A DNA stretch of 64,000 nt from Candidatus Omnitrophota bacterium (lineage in GTDB: Bacteria > Omnitrophota > Gorgyraeia > Zapsychrales > JANLHA01): positions 10,916 to 74,915 of the forward strand of contig JBFMEN010000003.1 in the NCBI GenBank assembly GCA_040753435.1. Direction: 5' to 3'. Below are positions 1-8,406 of this stretch, in pieces. Numbering within the stretch: position 1 is the stretch's first letter; the number at the start of each line of letters is the position of its first letter. A program made the translations under genes and the position numbers. Below the pieces are notes generated by a model. That model was given only the letters and a program-made list of their open reading frames with translations. It ran no database searches and had not been told where the DNA came from.

Positions 1-719
1 GTCCGCTCGAGCTCTCTGATGATGGAAGAAATATTTCTTGCGTTCGACTTGACTGGCGCGCAACATGTCTCGCAGCCGATACTTCTGTAACGCATACCGT
101 CTTTCGCAAAGTAAAGATCCGTGATCGGGATGTGTTCACGCTTGATATATTTCCAGATATCGATTTCCCTCCAACCTAAAAGCGGGTGGATGCGGATATG
201 ATGGTGTTCTTCCTGAAGGGCTGCCTGGTACAGGTCCCACATTTCAAGAGGCTGGCGCTGATAATCCCATTGAAGATTTTTATTCCGTGGAGAAAAGAAG
301 CGTTCCTTGGCGCGAATGCCATGCTCGTCCCTGCGGATTCCCAGGAATAAGGCCTCGAGCCGGTATTTTACCACGGCATCCTGGAGGGCCTGGGTCTTTA
401 AAAGATGACAACATTGGAATTTTTCCTGATCGGGATTAATACCCTGGCGCAACGCCGCTTCATTCCTGGCCACAATTAAATCAAGAGCCCATTCTTTTGC
501 ATATCTTTCCCTGAATTCATAGATTTCTCTAAATTTATAACCCGTATCGATGTGAAGGACCGGAAAAGGGAGCTTGCCGAAGAACGCCTTGCGGCACAGC
601 CACAACAGCGTCGATGAATCTTTCCCGATAGACCAGAGCAGGGCAGAATTGCGGAAACGGTTATAAGCTTCGCGGATAATATAGATTGAATTGTTTTCCA
701 GGGAATCAAGATGGTTCAT
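1..719 (-). CDS. cysD: Sulfate adenylyltransferase subunit 2 (CysD, PAPS-reductase-like ATP sulfurylase small subunit); C-terminus cut by window start
   Basis: Minus-strand translation from the ATG at 719 gives MNHLDSLENNSIYIIREAYNRF..LWSIGKDSS..LLWLCRKAF..LPFPVLHIDTGYKFREIYEFRERYAKEW. The SIGKDSS and HIDTG..F.E motifs and overall colinearity are typical of CysD. There is no stop before position 1, so the ORF track does not list it. Confidence 0.8.
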   Translation of the reverse strand, partial: MNHLDSLENNSIYIIREAYNRFRNSALLWSIGKDSSTLLWLCRKAFFGKLPFPVLHIDTGYKFREIYEFRERYAKEWALDLIVARNEAALRQGINPDQEKFQCCHLLKTQALQDAVVKYRLEALFLGIRRDEHGIRAKERFFSPRNKNLQWDYQRQPLEMWDLYQAALQEEHHHIRIHPLLGWREIDIWKYIKREHIPITDLYFAKDGMRYRSIGCETCCAPVKSNARNISSIIRELER

Positions 720-1122
720 AAAGTTATCTGAAGAAAGGGGTTTTAATTATCTTAATTATAGAAAAATAATCCGTCATTCCAATAAAAATTATCAGAATGA
801 CCAACGCCGGACTGGAGAGGAGAGAGTGAGGATTTTTTTATTCTAATGAAAAATTCATTTTGGGTGAGGATGAGATCATCTTTCTTGTGGCTTTTAACAG
901 ATCCTCATATTGAAAGGGCTTGGTGATAAATTCCGAAATGATGCAGTCCATGTGCTGATCCGCAAACATTTGTTCAATGAAAGGACTGCCGCTGATCACA
1001 ACGATTTTTGTTAAATATCGTTTATCGCTTTGTCCTGATCAAGAGCAAGAAAAGAAATAAAAAAAGACTGGTTGTTATTTAAAGAGGGCCAGCAGCTGTC
1101 TGCCAGCCCTTTCAAAAAATCC

Positions 1123-1560
1123 TTACTGACTGGTTGCTCCCGATTCAAACATTCCTCTATCAATAACTCCTTCATACTGCTGAAGATCGTTCAGGCTGGA
1201 TTCCGCCTGATCGCGTATGGACGTCCAATCCCCTTCATTGGCATCCTGAACCTGCCCGATTGTTTCTTCCATGGACTGCTGGGCCTGCTGCAGTTCATTG
1301 ACCCTTTGAGAATCATCCTGCTGCTGAGCCTGATCCATTTGCTGACTGATGTTGTCCTGGGTCTGGTTCAGTTTGTCGACTAGTTGATCTTTTTGATCAA
1401 AGCTATACTGATCAAGGGAAATATCCTGATCCGGAGACTGTTGCATTTGCATGTCCGGAGCTGCGGGAGATGCATCCTGCCCCATTCCTTGAGCAAATAC
1501 CGGGACGACCGCCAGACAGAGAACAGACACAGCCAATGTTAACAATTTAATCCACCTCAT
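1123..1560 (-). CDS. Secreted Q/D-rich low-complexity protein (hypothetical)
   Basis: 145 aa ORF with a Sec-type signal peptide (MRWIKLLTLAVSVLCLAVVPVFAQG). An AAGGAG RBS lies 8 nt upstream on the minus strand. The mature part is Gln/Asp-rich and acidic. The overlapping + ORF 1072..1383 lacks these signals. Confidence 0.5.
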   Translation of the reverse strand: MRWIKLLTLAVSVLCLAVVPVFAQGMGQDASPAAPDMQMQQSPDQDISLDQYSFDQKDQLVDKLNQTQDNISQQMDQAQQQDDSQRVNELQQAQQSMEETIGQVQDANEGDWTSIRDQAESSLNDLQQYEGVIDRGMFESGATSQ

Positions 1561-1796
1561 AAAACTCTCCTTTTTTTCATGTTGAACGGATGTATTGCAC
1601 CATGTGATGTTATAAGGCAGACCCCTGTTTTTTAAAATAGGGCAGTTCTGTGTTTTTTAGACTTTATTCCTTAATGTCTTTATTGAAAAAAGTGGAATCA
1701 GGTTTGTTTTTTATGTGTGCAGCAGATAGACCGGGGTCAGCGTTCATTTAAAATATGCCAGGATAAATAGCCGGAAAAACAAAAAGGAGGAGCATA

Positions 1797-1955
1797 ATGT
1801 TAAGAATATTTATGGCAATGATGCTGGTCAGTATGACGTTGGTGTTGTCTGCCTGTGAAACAACGGAAGGGGTTGGTCAGGATATTGAAAACACGGGCGA
1901 AAATATAGGCGAAGGCGTTGAAGAAATGGGGGACGAAGCGGAGGATGAATATTAA
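1797..1955 (+). CDS. Entericidin EcnA/EcnB-family small lipoprotein
   Basis: 52 aa, MLRIFMAMMLVSMTLVLSACETTEGVGQDIENTGENIGEG... It has a lipobox (LSAC) followed by a TTxGVGxDI..G.NI motif, as in EcnB ([24 protein letters not shown]). An AAAGGAGG RBS lies upstream. It is below the ORF-track size cutoff. Confidence 0.6.
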   Translation: MLRIFMAMMLVSMTLVLSACETTEGVGQDIENTGENIGEGVEEMGDEAEDEY

Positions 1956-2030
1956 TTAACGGAAAGACCGGGCGGGGATTTTGAAAGACAATTGTTTTTA
2001 TTGATCGGGCAAGACGTTTAAGGAGGGAAC

Positions 2031-2129
2031 ATGTCTGTTCTAATGATGATCCTCGCCATTTTTTTACCGCCGCTGGCAGCTCTTCTTCATGCTGGAAGGA
2101 ATTCCAGTCGCATCGACGCGTTGTGTTGA
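2031..2129 (+). CDS. Pmp3/YqaE (UPF0057) family proteolipid, apparently truncated at 32 aa
   Basis: MSVLMMILAIFLPPLAALLHAG... matches the conserved ILAIFLPPLGVFL core of Pmp3/YqaE membrane-potential modulators, but terminates after about 32 aa instead of about 52. A GGAGGG RBS lies upstream. It may be a degraded or frameshifted copy. Confidence 0.35.
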   Translation: MSVLMMILAIFLPPLAALLHAGRNSSRIDALC

Positions 2130-2228
2130 GTAATAAAAGAGAATAAGAAAAGGAGCAGTAAATTTTCTGTTTGCCAATCAGATGTTCAAAGATATAATAT
2201 CTGCGTATTTTAAAGTAAATGTTTCTTT

Positions 2229-3965
2229 TTGAAGAAAAGGCTGCCAGTGCAACATTATCTGAATGAACAAAATATTTTTATTTTTCTGGTTCAGGTTTTT
2301 CTTCTTTTAAGTACGGCCAGGATTTTGGGCGAGTTGTTCAGGATGGGGCGGCAACCCTCCCTGACGGCAGAGATTATCGTCGGTATTATCTTTGGTCCCA
2401 CGATTTTTGGACGCTTCTTGCCGGCCGTCCATCAAATGATTTTCCCCCCCGATATTATTCAGCAAAACATGCTTGAGACATTCTCCTGGCTTGGAGTTCT
2501 GTTCCTTCTGCTGGAGACGGGACTCGAAGTAGATTTCACGAATGCCTGGCGTCAGAAGGGGGATGCCCTTAAGATCGCTGTTGCGGATATTTTTATCCCG
2601 ATGGTCATTACGTTCGTCCCTGTCTTGTTTTTGCCGGATCATTTTCTCGTCAGTCCGGAGAAAAAAATTATTTTTTCCATTTTTATGGCAACGGTGATGA
2701 CGATCAGCGCAATGCCTGTTACGGCGAGGGTCCTGCATGATCTCCGGCTGTCCAAAACGGATCTCGGCTATTTGATCATGTCGGCCTTATCGGTTAACGA
2801 TATTATCGGGTGGCTGATTTTCACGATTGTACTAGGCGTTTTTATGCAGGCGAACTTCACATTTTCCGCGGTGTTTATGATCTTTTCGTTGACAATCCTT
2901 TTTACGATTTTCTGTCTGACCTTTGGTAAACGTTTTACGGAATATATCATTACAAATTTTCAGGAAAGGAAATTCCCTGAGCCGGCCTCGTCGTTCACAT
3001 TCATTTGTCTGCTGGGGTTTCTCTGCGGAGCGGTGACCCAGAAAACAGGGATTCATGCCCTGTTCGGTTTTTTTCTGGCAGGGGTAATGGCCGGCGGAGC
3101 GCGGGCGCTTCAGGAGAGGACTCGTCAGATTATTTCCCAGATGGTTTATGCGTTGTTTGTTCCGATCTTCTTCGTTAACATCGGACTGAAGATCGATTTC
3201 TTAGCCAATTTCAATTTGTTCCTGGCCTTGTCTTTGTCCGTTTTGGGGATCGCCGCCAGGTTTTTCGGGGCGTGGATTGGAGTCGGTTTAAGCAGGCAGG
3301 ATCCGGTCAACAGGCTCGCCATTTCTATTGCCCATATTCCCGGCGGTGTCATGGAAATCGTTATCAGTTTGATCGCCCTGGAATATAATTTGATCACGGA
3401 GCAGGTTTTTGTTGCCATTGTTTTTGGTGCCGTTGTTTCTTCAGTTGTTCTGGGACCGTGGTTGGGATACGCCATCAGGCGGCGCAAGAAAGTCAGCATC
3501 TTTGAGTATTTTTCGAAAAGATCGATCATCGCTGACTTGAGGACGCAATGGAGGGATGAGGCCATCAGGAAGCTGTGTCATGTGGTTTTTGAACAGGAAG
3601 ACGTCCCTGACGAGGACGCTATTTTCAATGCTGTGATGCAGCGCGAACAGGAGATGGGCACGGCAATCGAAGAAGGGATTGCAGTCCCGCATGTGAGACT
3701 GCCGTATATTGAAGAACCTGTAATTGCTTTCGGCCGGTCCCTTTCGGGGATCGAATGGAACTCTCCCGACGGGCAGCCCTCACGGTTTGTGTTCCTGATT
3801 TTGACACCAGTGAAGGACGACGTGCAGGTACAGATTTTATCTTTGATCTCGAAGACGTTAAGCAATAAAGGAGTCCGGGATCAGATTCTTCAGGCTCAAG
3901 ACAGCCAGCATATATGGAATGTGCTTGAACCGGCGTTTTCGCAGCAAGATTTGATTAAACGGTAG
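2229..3965 (+). CDS. CPA2-family cation/proton antiporter fused to a C-terminal PTS EIIA type-2 (EIIA-Ntr-like) regulatory domain
   Basis: 578 aa. The N-terminal region is polytopic with a Kef/NapA-like start (ARILGELFRMGRQPSLTAEIIVGIIFGPTIFGR). The C-terminal ~150 aa (AIEEGIAVPHVRLPYIEEPVIAFGRS...FVFLILTP) resembles the PTS_EIIA_2 fold with a conserved His. The ORF-track start is TTG; the true start is uncertain by a few codons. Confidence 0.75.
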   Translation: MKKRLPVQHYLNEQNIFIFLVQVFLLLSTARILGELFRMGRQPSLTAEIIVGIIFGPTIFGRFLPAVHQMIFPPDIIQQNMLETFSWLGVLFLLLETGLEVDFTNAWRQKGDALKIAVADIFIPMVITFVPVLFLPDHFLVSPEKKIIFSIFMATVMTISAMPVTARVLHDLRLSKTDLGYLIMSALSVNDIIGWLIFTIVLGVFMQANFTFSAVFMIFSLTILFTIFCLTFGKRFTEYIITNFQERKFPEPASSFTFICLLGFLCGAVTQKTGIHALFGFFLAGVMAGGARALQERTRQIISQMVYALFVPIFFVNIGLKIDFLANFNLFLALSLSVLGIAARFFGAWIGVGLSRQDPVNRLAISIAHIPGGVMEIVISLIALEYNLITEQVFVAIVFGAVVSSVVLGPWLGYAIRRRKKVSIFEYFSKRSIIADLRTQWRDEAIRKLCHVVFEQEDVPDEDAIFNAVMQREQEMGTAIEEGIAVPHVRLPYIEEPVIAFGRSLSGIEWNSPDGQPSRFVFLILTPVKDDVQVQILSLISKTLSNKGVRDQILQAQDSQHIWNVLEPAFSQQDLIKR

Positions 3966-3983
3966 ACGGAAAGCAAGAAGGCT

Positions 3984-4883
3984 GTGATGATGAAGGTGCG
4001 TCAGGAAGCGATTGAGGATAAAAATAAGCGGTTATTTGCCTTTGAACGGGAGCTGGACCAGATTTCCCTGTCTTTGCTGAATATGTTTGATGATCGCAGA
4101 CTCAAGCTGTTTTCAATCCCGCCACATAAACGAATTTTTCTTTTCTTTCTGACCCGCGCGTTGAAAACCCATCAAGCAATCAAAATTCTGTGCCGTGAAG
4201 GTTTCGGACAAGATGCAGCCGTTTTGTTGAGAAGTCTTCTCGAAAACCTGATCAGCTTTAGATATGTTCTTCATCATTCGGAAGAAGCCGATGCACTTGC
4301 AGCGCGGTTTGTAGCCTACAAATGGGTCATTTTTCATCGTCATTTATGGGAACAGGAACGCGAGGAAAGGGAGAAAGGAGATCGGGAATACCGGTTGTTT
4401 GTTCAACGAAAAGAATTGATCTTAAAGAACTTTGAAGAGTTTAAAACGAAGTATCATATAAATTCAGGGCGCGGTCTCCTGACCTGGTCCGGTCGTACTG
4501 TTAAAGATATGGCCGGTATTGTCAGTAAAGATTTATTGAAAGAATATGAATCAATGTTCAGGACGTGCTCAAAGTTTACCCATCCAAGCATAATCAGTGA
4601 CAAAGAATACATGGTTATCGACGATGAAGAGATCGTTTTTTCAGTATCGCCTTCATTGATCGGTGTTGAAATAATCCTTTCGAAAAATATAAGTTATACT
4701 TTCGATGTCCTGTCGATCTTTGCCGGACTTTTTCAATTGAAGTGCGATGTCGTACTGAATGCATTTGAACGAAAGTTTAAGGCTTATCAGGCATCATTAT
4801 CGACCTCCACTTCAGGTACAGGTGCCGGAGAAACGGCTGCATCGATTAATCGGGAAAGTATTATTGTGTTTGAGAAGAATTAA
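3984..4883 (+). CDS. Hypothetical all-helical cytoplasmic protein (possibly DUF5677-like)
   Basis: 299 aa ORF starting MMMKVRQ, tightly spaced after the antiporter. No catalytic motif was recognised. Confidence 0.45.
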   Translation: MMMKVRQEAIEDKNKRLFAFERELDQISLSLLNMFDDRRLKLFSIPPHKRIFLFFLTRALKTHQAIKILCREGFGQDAAVLLRSLLENLISFRYVLHHSEEADALAARFVAYKWVIFHRHLWEQEREEREKGDREYRLFVQRKELILKNFEEFKTKYHINSGRGLLTWSGRTVKDMAGIVSKDLLKEYESMFRTCSKFTHPSIISDKEYMVIDDEEIVFSVSPSLIGVEIILSKNISYTFDVLSIFAGLFQLKCDVVLNAFERKFKAYQASLSTSTSGTGAGETAASINRESIIVFEKN

Positions 4884-5227
4884 TCAGCCGGAATCCGCAA
4901 GTTTTTAATAAAACAAATAAACATAAAAAGTTTAATCGTTAAAAATATTTCAGAATGAAAAATTGTCATCAGGTTTCTTTAAACATGATGTCATTCCCGC
5001 TTATGTTGTTGTTTCCAATAAACATCCGGCTGAAGTTTTAAATACCGGCGGAGTTTTCGTTTAATATTAGTATTAAATAAAAGAAAGGCGGAAAGAGGAA
5101 ATTTTGATTGGTATGCTTTTTGCTTAATTTCGATTGATAGTGAGGCGGCATTTTCGGTAAGGGGACCTTTTGATCTAAATGGTGTTACAGAGAACATCGG
5201 AATCAGGAAAAGGGAGTGAAGAATTAA

Positions 5228-5261
5228 CCCGGACAGGAGTGCGCCAGTCCGGGTTTTTTTT
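5228..5261 (+). terminator. Rho-independent terminator-like hairpin plus T8 in the long leader upstream of the amyloid-like operon
   Basis: cccggacaggagtgcgccagtccggg followed by tttttttt. The 7-bp GC-rich stem cccggac/gtccggg has a 12-nt loop. It sits 340 nt after the previous stop and 165 nt before the 5426 start. Confidence 0.5.
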
Positions 5262-5425
5262 GAATTGTTTTTACAGCATAAATTGAGGCGATAAACGGAA
5301 GGGGGGTGGTGTCGATTATTGAACGGATGCAGGGAAAGAATCAAACAGTTTCAGGGATGGGTTAATGATGATTTTTTCATCGCCCATATAACAGTATTAA
5401 TGTGTTTTAACGCGAGGGCAAAACA

Positions 5426-8347
5426 ATGAAGAAACTATTAATTTTGATACTTGTGATGATCTTCTCCACACAATATTCTCCCGTGGTATGGGCTGATGTT
5501 GTCGCTTTGACAGATGCCCAGATGGACGAGATTGCTGCGGGGGATTGGGTTATCATCGCCCAGAATGAGGATGTTGTCGATGTATTTGACAACATCAACA
5601 GGCTTGAAGCGGGTGAATCATCACAGCAAGGGCTTAATGGCCTCAGTAACGTGAATGAGGTCAACAGCGCGACTGCCGTTCAGCAGAACGTTTCTGACTC
5701 CAACGAAGGGGTCATGGACATCACAACTCGCAATGAGGCCAGTGTCACGAATTATCAACCAAGAGATGAACTGACCGTGTCGGAGACGCGAACTATTTCA
5801 GCGAGCAGCGAGAATGAAGTCCAGCAAACACAAAGGGCAATTACTTCCGACTCATTGACCGCTTCTGATCGGACAACAGCAACGAATTCGGAAAGCGCCT
5901 CTTTGGAACAGCGGGCTTCAAGCTCATTGAGCACGCTTTCTGACCAGAGCGCGAATGCTTCAGTGAGTTTTGATCAGGACAGCTCTTTAGCGACTTCAAA
6001 CAATGCTTCGAGTGACGCAAGTTTGAGCGCGGTTGATAATTTTCATTTAGAAGATCATGCGGTGAATAATACTTCGGTATCCGCGGAAACCAGCGACGCT
6101 GCATCAAGCAGTGCGTCGTTGGACAGTAACGCTGCTGCGTCTGAAAGGCATACGACTGACCAAAATGCGAATCAGGCAGCTGATGCTTCTCTGGATACAA
6201 GTGCTGCGGCATCTGAAGATCACGCGACAGATCAGGCTGCGAATCAGTCTGCGTCGGCTTCTTTAGATACTAATGCTGCGGCATCTGAAGATCACACGAC
6301 AGATCAGGCTGCGAATCAGTCTGCGTCGGCTTCTTTAGATACGAATGCTGCGGCATCTGAAGATCACACGACAGATCAGGCAGCGAATCAGTCTGCGTCG
6401 GCTTCTTTAGATACGAATGCTGCGGCATCTGAAGATCACACGACAGATCAGGCTGCGAGTCAGTCCGCGTCGGCCTCTTTAGATACGAGTGCTGCGGCAT
6501 CTGAAGATCACACGACAGATCAGGCTGCGAGCCAGTCCGCGTCGGCCTCTTTAGATACGAGTGCTGCGGCATCTGAAGATCACACGACAGATCAGGCTGC
6601 GAATCAGTCTGCGTCGGCTTCTTTAGATACGAATGCTGCGGCATCTGAAGATCACACGACAGATCAGGCTGCCAGCCAGTCAGCTTCGGCAACTCTGGAC
6701 ACCAGTGCGGCTGCTTCGGAAGATCACACCGCGGATCAGACAGCCAGCCAATCGTCATTAACGGCAGTTGATGCCAGCGCTTCGGCTTCTGAAGACCATA
6801 CAACGGATCAGTCTGCTGACCAAAGCTCTGCCTCGACTGTTGATGCGAATCTTGCGGCTTCTGAATCATTTGCTGCCGAAACGGCATCAGATGCTTTTGA
6901 AGGCGATGGAGAAGTGGCATCAACCGCAGATTCGGTTAGTTTTTCTGGAACATATGAAGAGGATAACGGATCGATTGCCCTTGATGGCGATTATGCCGAA
7001 ACACATGCGACAACATCCGATACAAAAACTTATTCAACATCAAGCAGCAGTTCTACTTCTGATACCGCTGCTCTTGATGGTGCCTTGAGTACTGCAAACG
7101 ACAGTTCATCCTCCGCGGATGCATCGACATCGGATGCCGCTCAAGCTCAGGAATCATTAGCGGCTTCACAGGATCAGAATGCTTCGGCTTCGGCATCGAC
7201 AACTGATTCTGCAGCGGCCCAACAATCTCTGACTGCAGCAAGCGATCAGGATGCAGCTGCCCAGGCATCGACAACTGATTCTGCAGCGGCTCAGCAATCC
7301 TTGACTGCGGCAAGCGATCAGGATGCAGCTGCCCAGGCATCAACAACTGATTCTGCAGCGGCTCAGCAATCCTTGACTGCGGCAAGTGATCAGGATGCGG
7401 CGGCCCAGGCATCAACAACTGATTCTGCAGCGGCTCAGCAATCTTTGACTGCGGCAAGCGATCAGGATGCAGCGGCCCAGGCATCGACAACTGATTCGGC
7501 AGCAGCGGAGCAGGCTTTAAGCGCATCAAGCGATCAGGCGGCATCAGCTTCGGCAGCTACAACGGATTCAGCAGCGGCAGAGCAGGGGTTAAGCGCGTCA
7601 AGTGATCAGGCAGCTTCTGCTTCAGCGTCAACGACTGATTCGGCGGCGGCAGAGCAGGGGTTAAGCGCGTCAAGCGATCAGGCAGCTTCTGCTTCAGCGT
7701 CAACGACGGATTCTGCGGCAGCGGAACAGACGTTAAGCGCATCAAGCAGCAATAGCGCATCGGCTTCAGCTTCGACATTAGATGAAGCTGCAGCAAATCA
7801 GTCGCTGTCGACAACGGCTGATACAGCAGAAGATCATACGGCATCCGCCAATCAAGCCGTTGCCCAGAGCAGCGACCTGATCAATGATCATGATCAATCA
7901 GTGGATCAGGCCAGTGCGGATTCAGCCAGCAGTTCATTAGATGAAACGCTAACGGTATCTTTTGATCAGAACGCTTCACAGAATGACGTGGAAACTGTCG
8001 ATGCTGAGGAAGCAACAGAGGTTATTGCAGATTCAAGCAACGATGAGAGCCTTGACACCCAAAGCGATCTGAACACTGTCAGTGAAAGCACTAACGAAGC
8101 TTCTGTAACAACCACGGTAAGTGTCGTCACTTCTGACACGACAAATACAACCATTAATGAAAGCACCGGAAAGAGTGTCAGAAATGTGCTTGTTTTAAGC
8201 GGCGGGGCGCAAAGCGAGATGAACGTGATGAGTAATGTAAACGCCGTCAGTTCAGCCATTGCGGTTCAAACGAATGTTGCGAATGCTAACGGGATTAGCG
8301 GCAGCATCAGTCACACCAATGTGGCAAATGTTGTTAACGGTTTTTAA
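5426..8347 (+). CDS. Secreted repeat protein with Fap-like amyloid motifs at both ends flanking two 24-aa tandem-repeat arrays (FapC-like candidate)
   Basis: 973 aa with signal peptide MKKLLILILVMIFSTQYSPVVWA. It has an N-terminal LTDAQMDEIAAG motif, then LNGLSNVNEVNSATAVQQNVSDSN. Then come about 10 copies of ASASLDTNAAASEDHTTDQAANQS and about 8 copies of ASTTDSAAAQQSLTAASDQDAAAQ. The C-terminus is LSGGAQSEMNVMSNVNAVSSAIAVQTNVANANG..NGF. An RBS lies upstream. Confidence 0.7.
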   Translation: MKKLLILILVMIFSTQYSPVVWADVVALTDAQMDEIAAGDWVIIAQNEDVVDVFDNINRLEAGESSQQGLNGLSNVNEVNSATAVQQNVSDSNEGVMDITTRNEASVTNYQPRDELTVSETRTISASSENEVQQTQRAITSDSLTASDRTTATNSESASLEQRASSSLSTLSDQSANASVSFDQDSSLATSNNASSDASLSAVDNFHLEDHAVNNTSVSAETSDAASSSASLDSNAAASERHTTDQNANQAADASLDTSAAASEDHATDQAANQSASASLDTNAAASEDHTTDQAANQSASASLDTNAAASEDHTTDQAANQSASASLDTNAAASEDHTTDQAASQSASASLDTSAAASEDHTTDQAASQSASASLDTSAAASEDHTTDQAANQSASASLDTNAAASEDHTTDQAASQSASATLDTSAAASEDHTADQTASQSSLTAVDASASASEDHTTDQSADQSSASTVDANLAASESFAAETASDAFEGDGEVASTADSVSFSGTYEEDNGSIALDGDYAETHATTSDTKTYSTSSSSSTSDTAALDGALSTANDSSSSADASTSDAAQAQESLAASQDQNASASASTTDSAAAQQSLTAASDQDAAAQASTTDSAAAQQSLTAASDQDAAAQASTTDSAAAQQSLTAASDQDAAAQASTTDSAAAQQSLTAASDQDAAAQASTTDSAAAEQALSASSDQAASASAATTDSAAAEQGLSASSDQAASASASTTDSAAAEQGLSASSDQAASASASTTDSAAAEQTLSASSSNSASASASTLDEAAANQSLSTTADTAEDHTASANQAVAQSSDLINDHDQSVDQASADSASSSLDETLTVSFDQNASQNDVETVDAEEATEVIADSSNDESLDTQSDLNTVSESTNEASVTTTVSVVTSDTTNTTINESTGKSVRNVLVLSGGAQSEMNVMSNVNAVSSAIAVQTNVANANGISGSISHTNVANVVNGF
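6130..6870 (+). repeat. 72-bp in-frame tandem repeat array, about 10 copies (24-aa unit ASASLDTNAAASEDHTTDQAANQS)
   Basis: Near-identical 72-nt units (gcgaatcagtctgcgtcggcttctttagatacgaatgctgcggcatctgaagatcacacgacagatcaggct) read directly in the sequence. They show occasional synonymous or conservative variants (N/S, N/T). Confidence 0.85.
7170..7740 (+). repeat. Second 72-bp in-frame tandem repeat array, about 8 copies (24-aa unit ASTTDSAAAQQSLTAASDQDAAAQ)
   Basis: Units such as gcatcgacaactgattctgcagcggctcagcaatccttgactgcggcaagcgatcaggatgcagctgcccag are repeated with minor variation. The period is the same as the first array but the unit is unrelated. Confidence 0.85.
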
Positions 8348-8406
8348 CGAGTGTTTTGGGGGAAGGAGACTTCCCCCAAAACTTTTTAAAGAATGTAAGG
8401 TGAGCT

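Noticed and set aside
1041-1110. Imperfect palindrome (ggccagcagctgtctgccagccc) downstream of the minus-strand secreted gene as a possible terminator
   Set aside because: The stem is mismatched and is not followed by a clear U-tract on the relevant strand, so it is not called.
1072-1383. + strand ORF overlapping the secreted Q/D-rich gene
   Set aside because: It has a TTG start and no RBS. The minus-strand partner has an RBS plus a signal peptide, so the + ORF is treated as a shadow ORF.
2307-3865. Several 60-140-aa minus-strand ORFs inside the antiporter gene, and similar nested ORFs inside the Gfo/Idh/MocA, TPR and giant genes
   Set aside because: They are nested in confidently assigned genes on the opposite strand; they have no motifs and an atypical (Arg/His-rich) composition.
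6270-7544. Minus-strand ORFs 6270..6923 (217 aa) and 7053..7544 (163 aa), with internally repetitive translations
   Set aside because: They lie antisense to the two 72-bp tandem-repeat arrays. Their periodic open frames are a by-product of the repeats and they lack RBSs; the + strand gene has the signal peptide and conserved termini.
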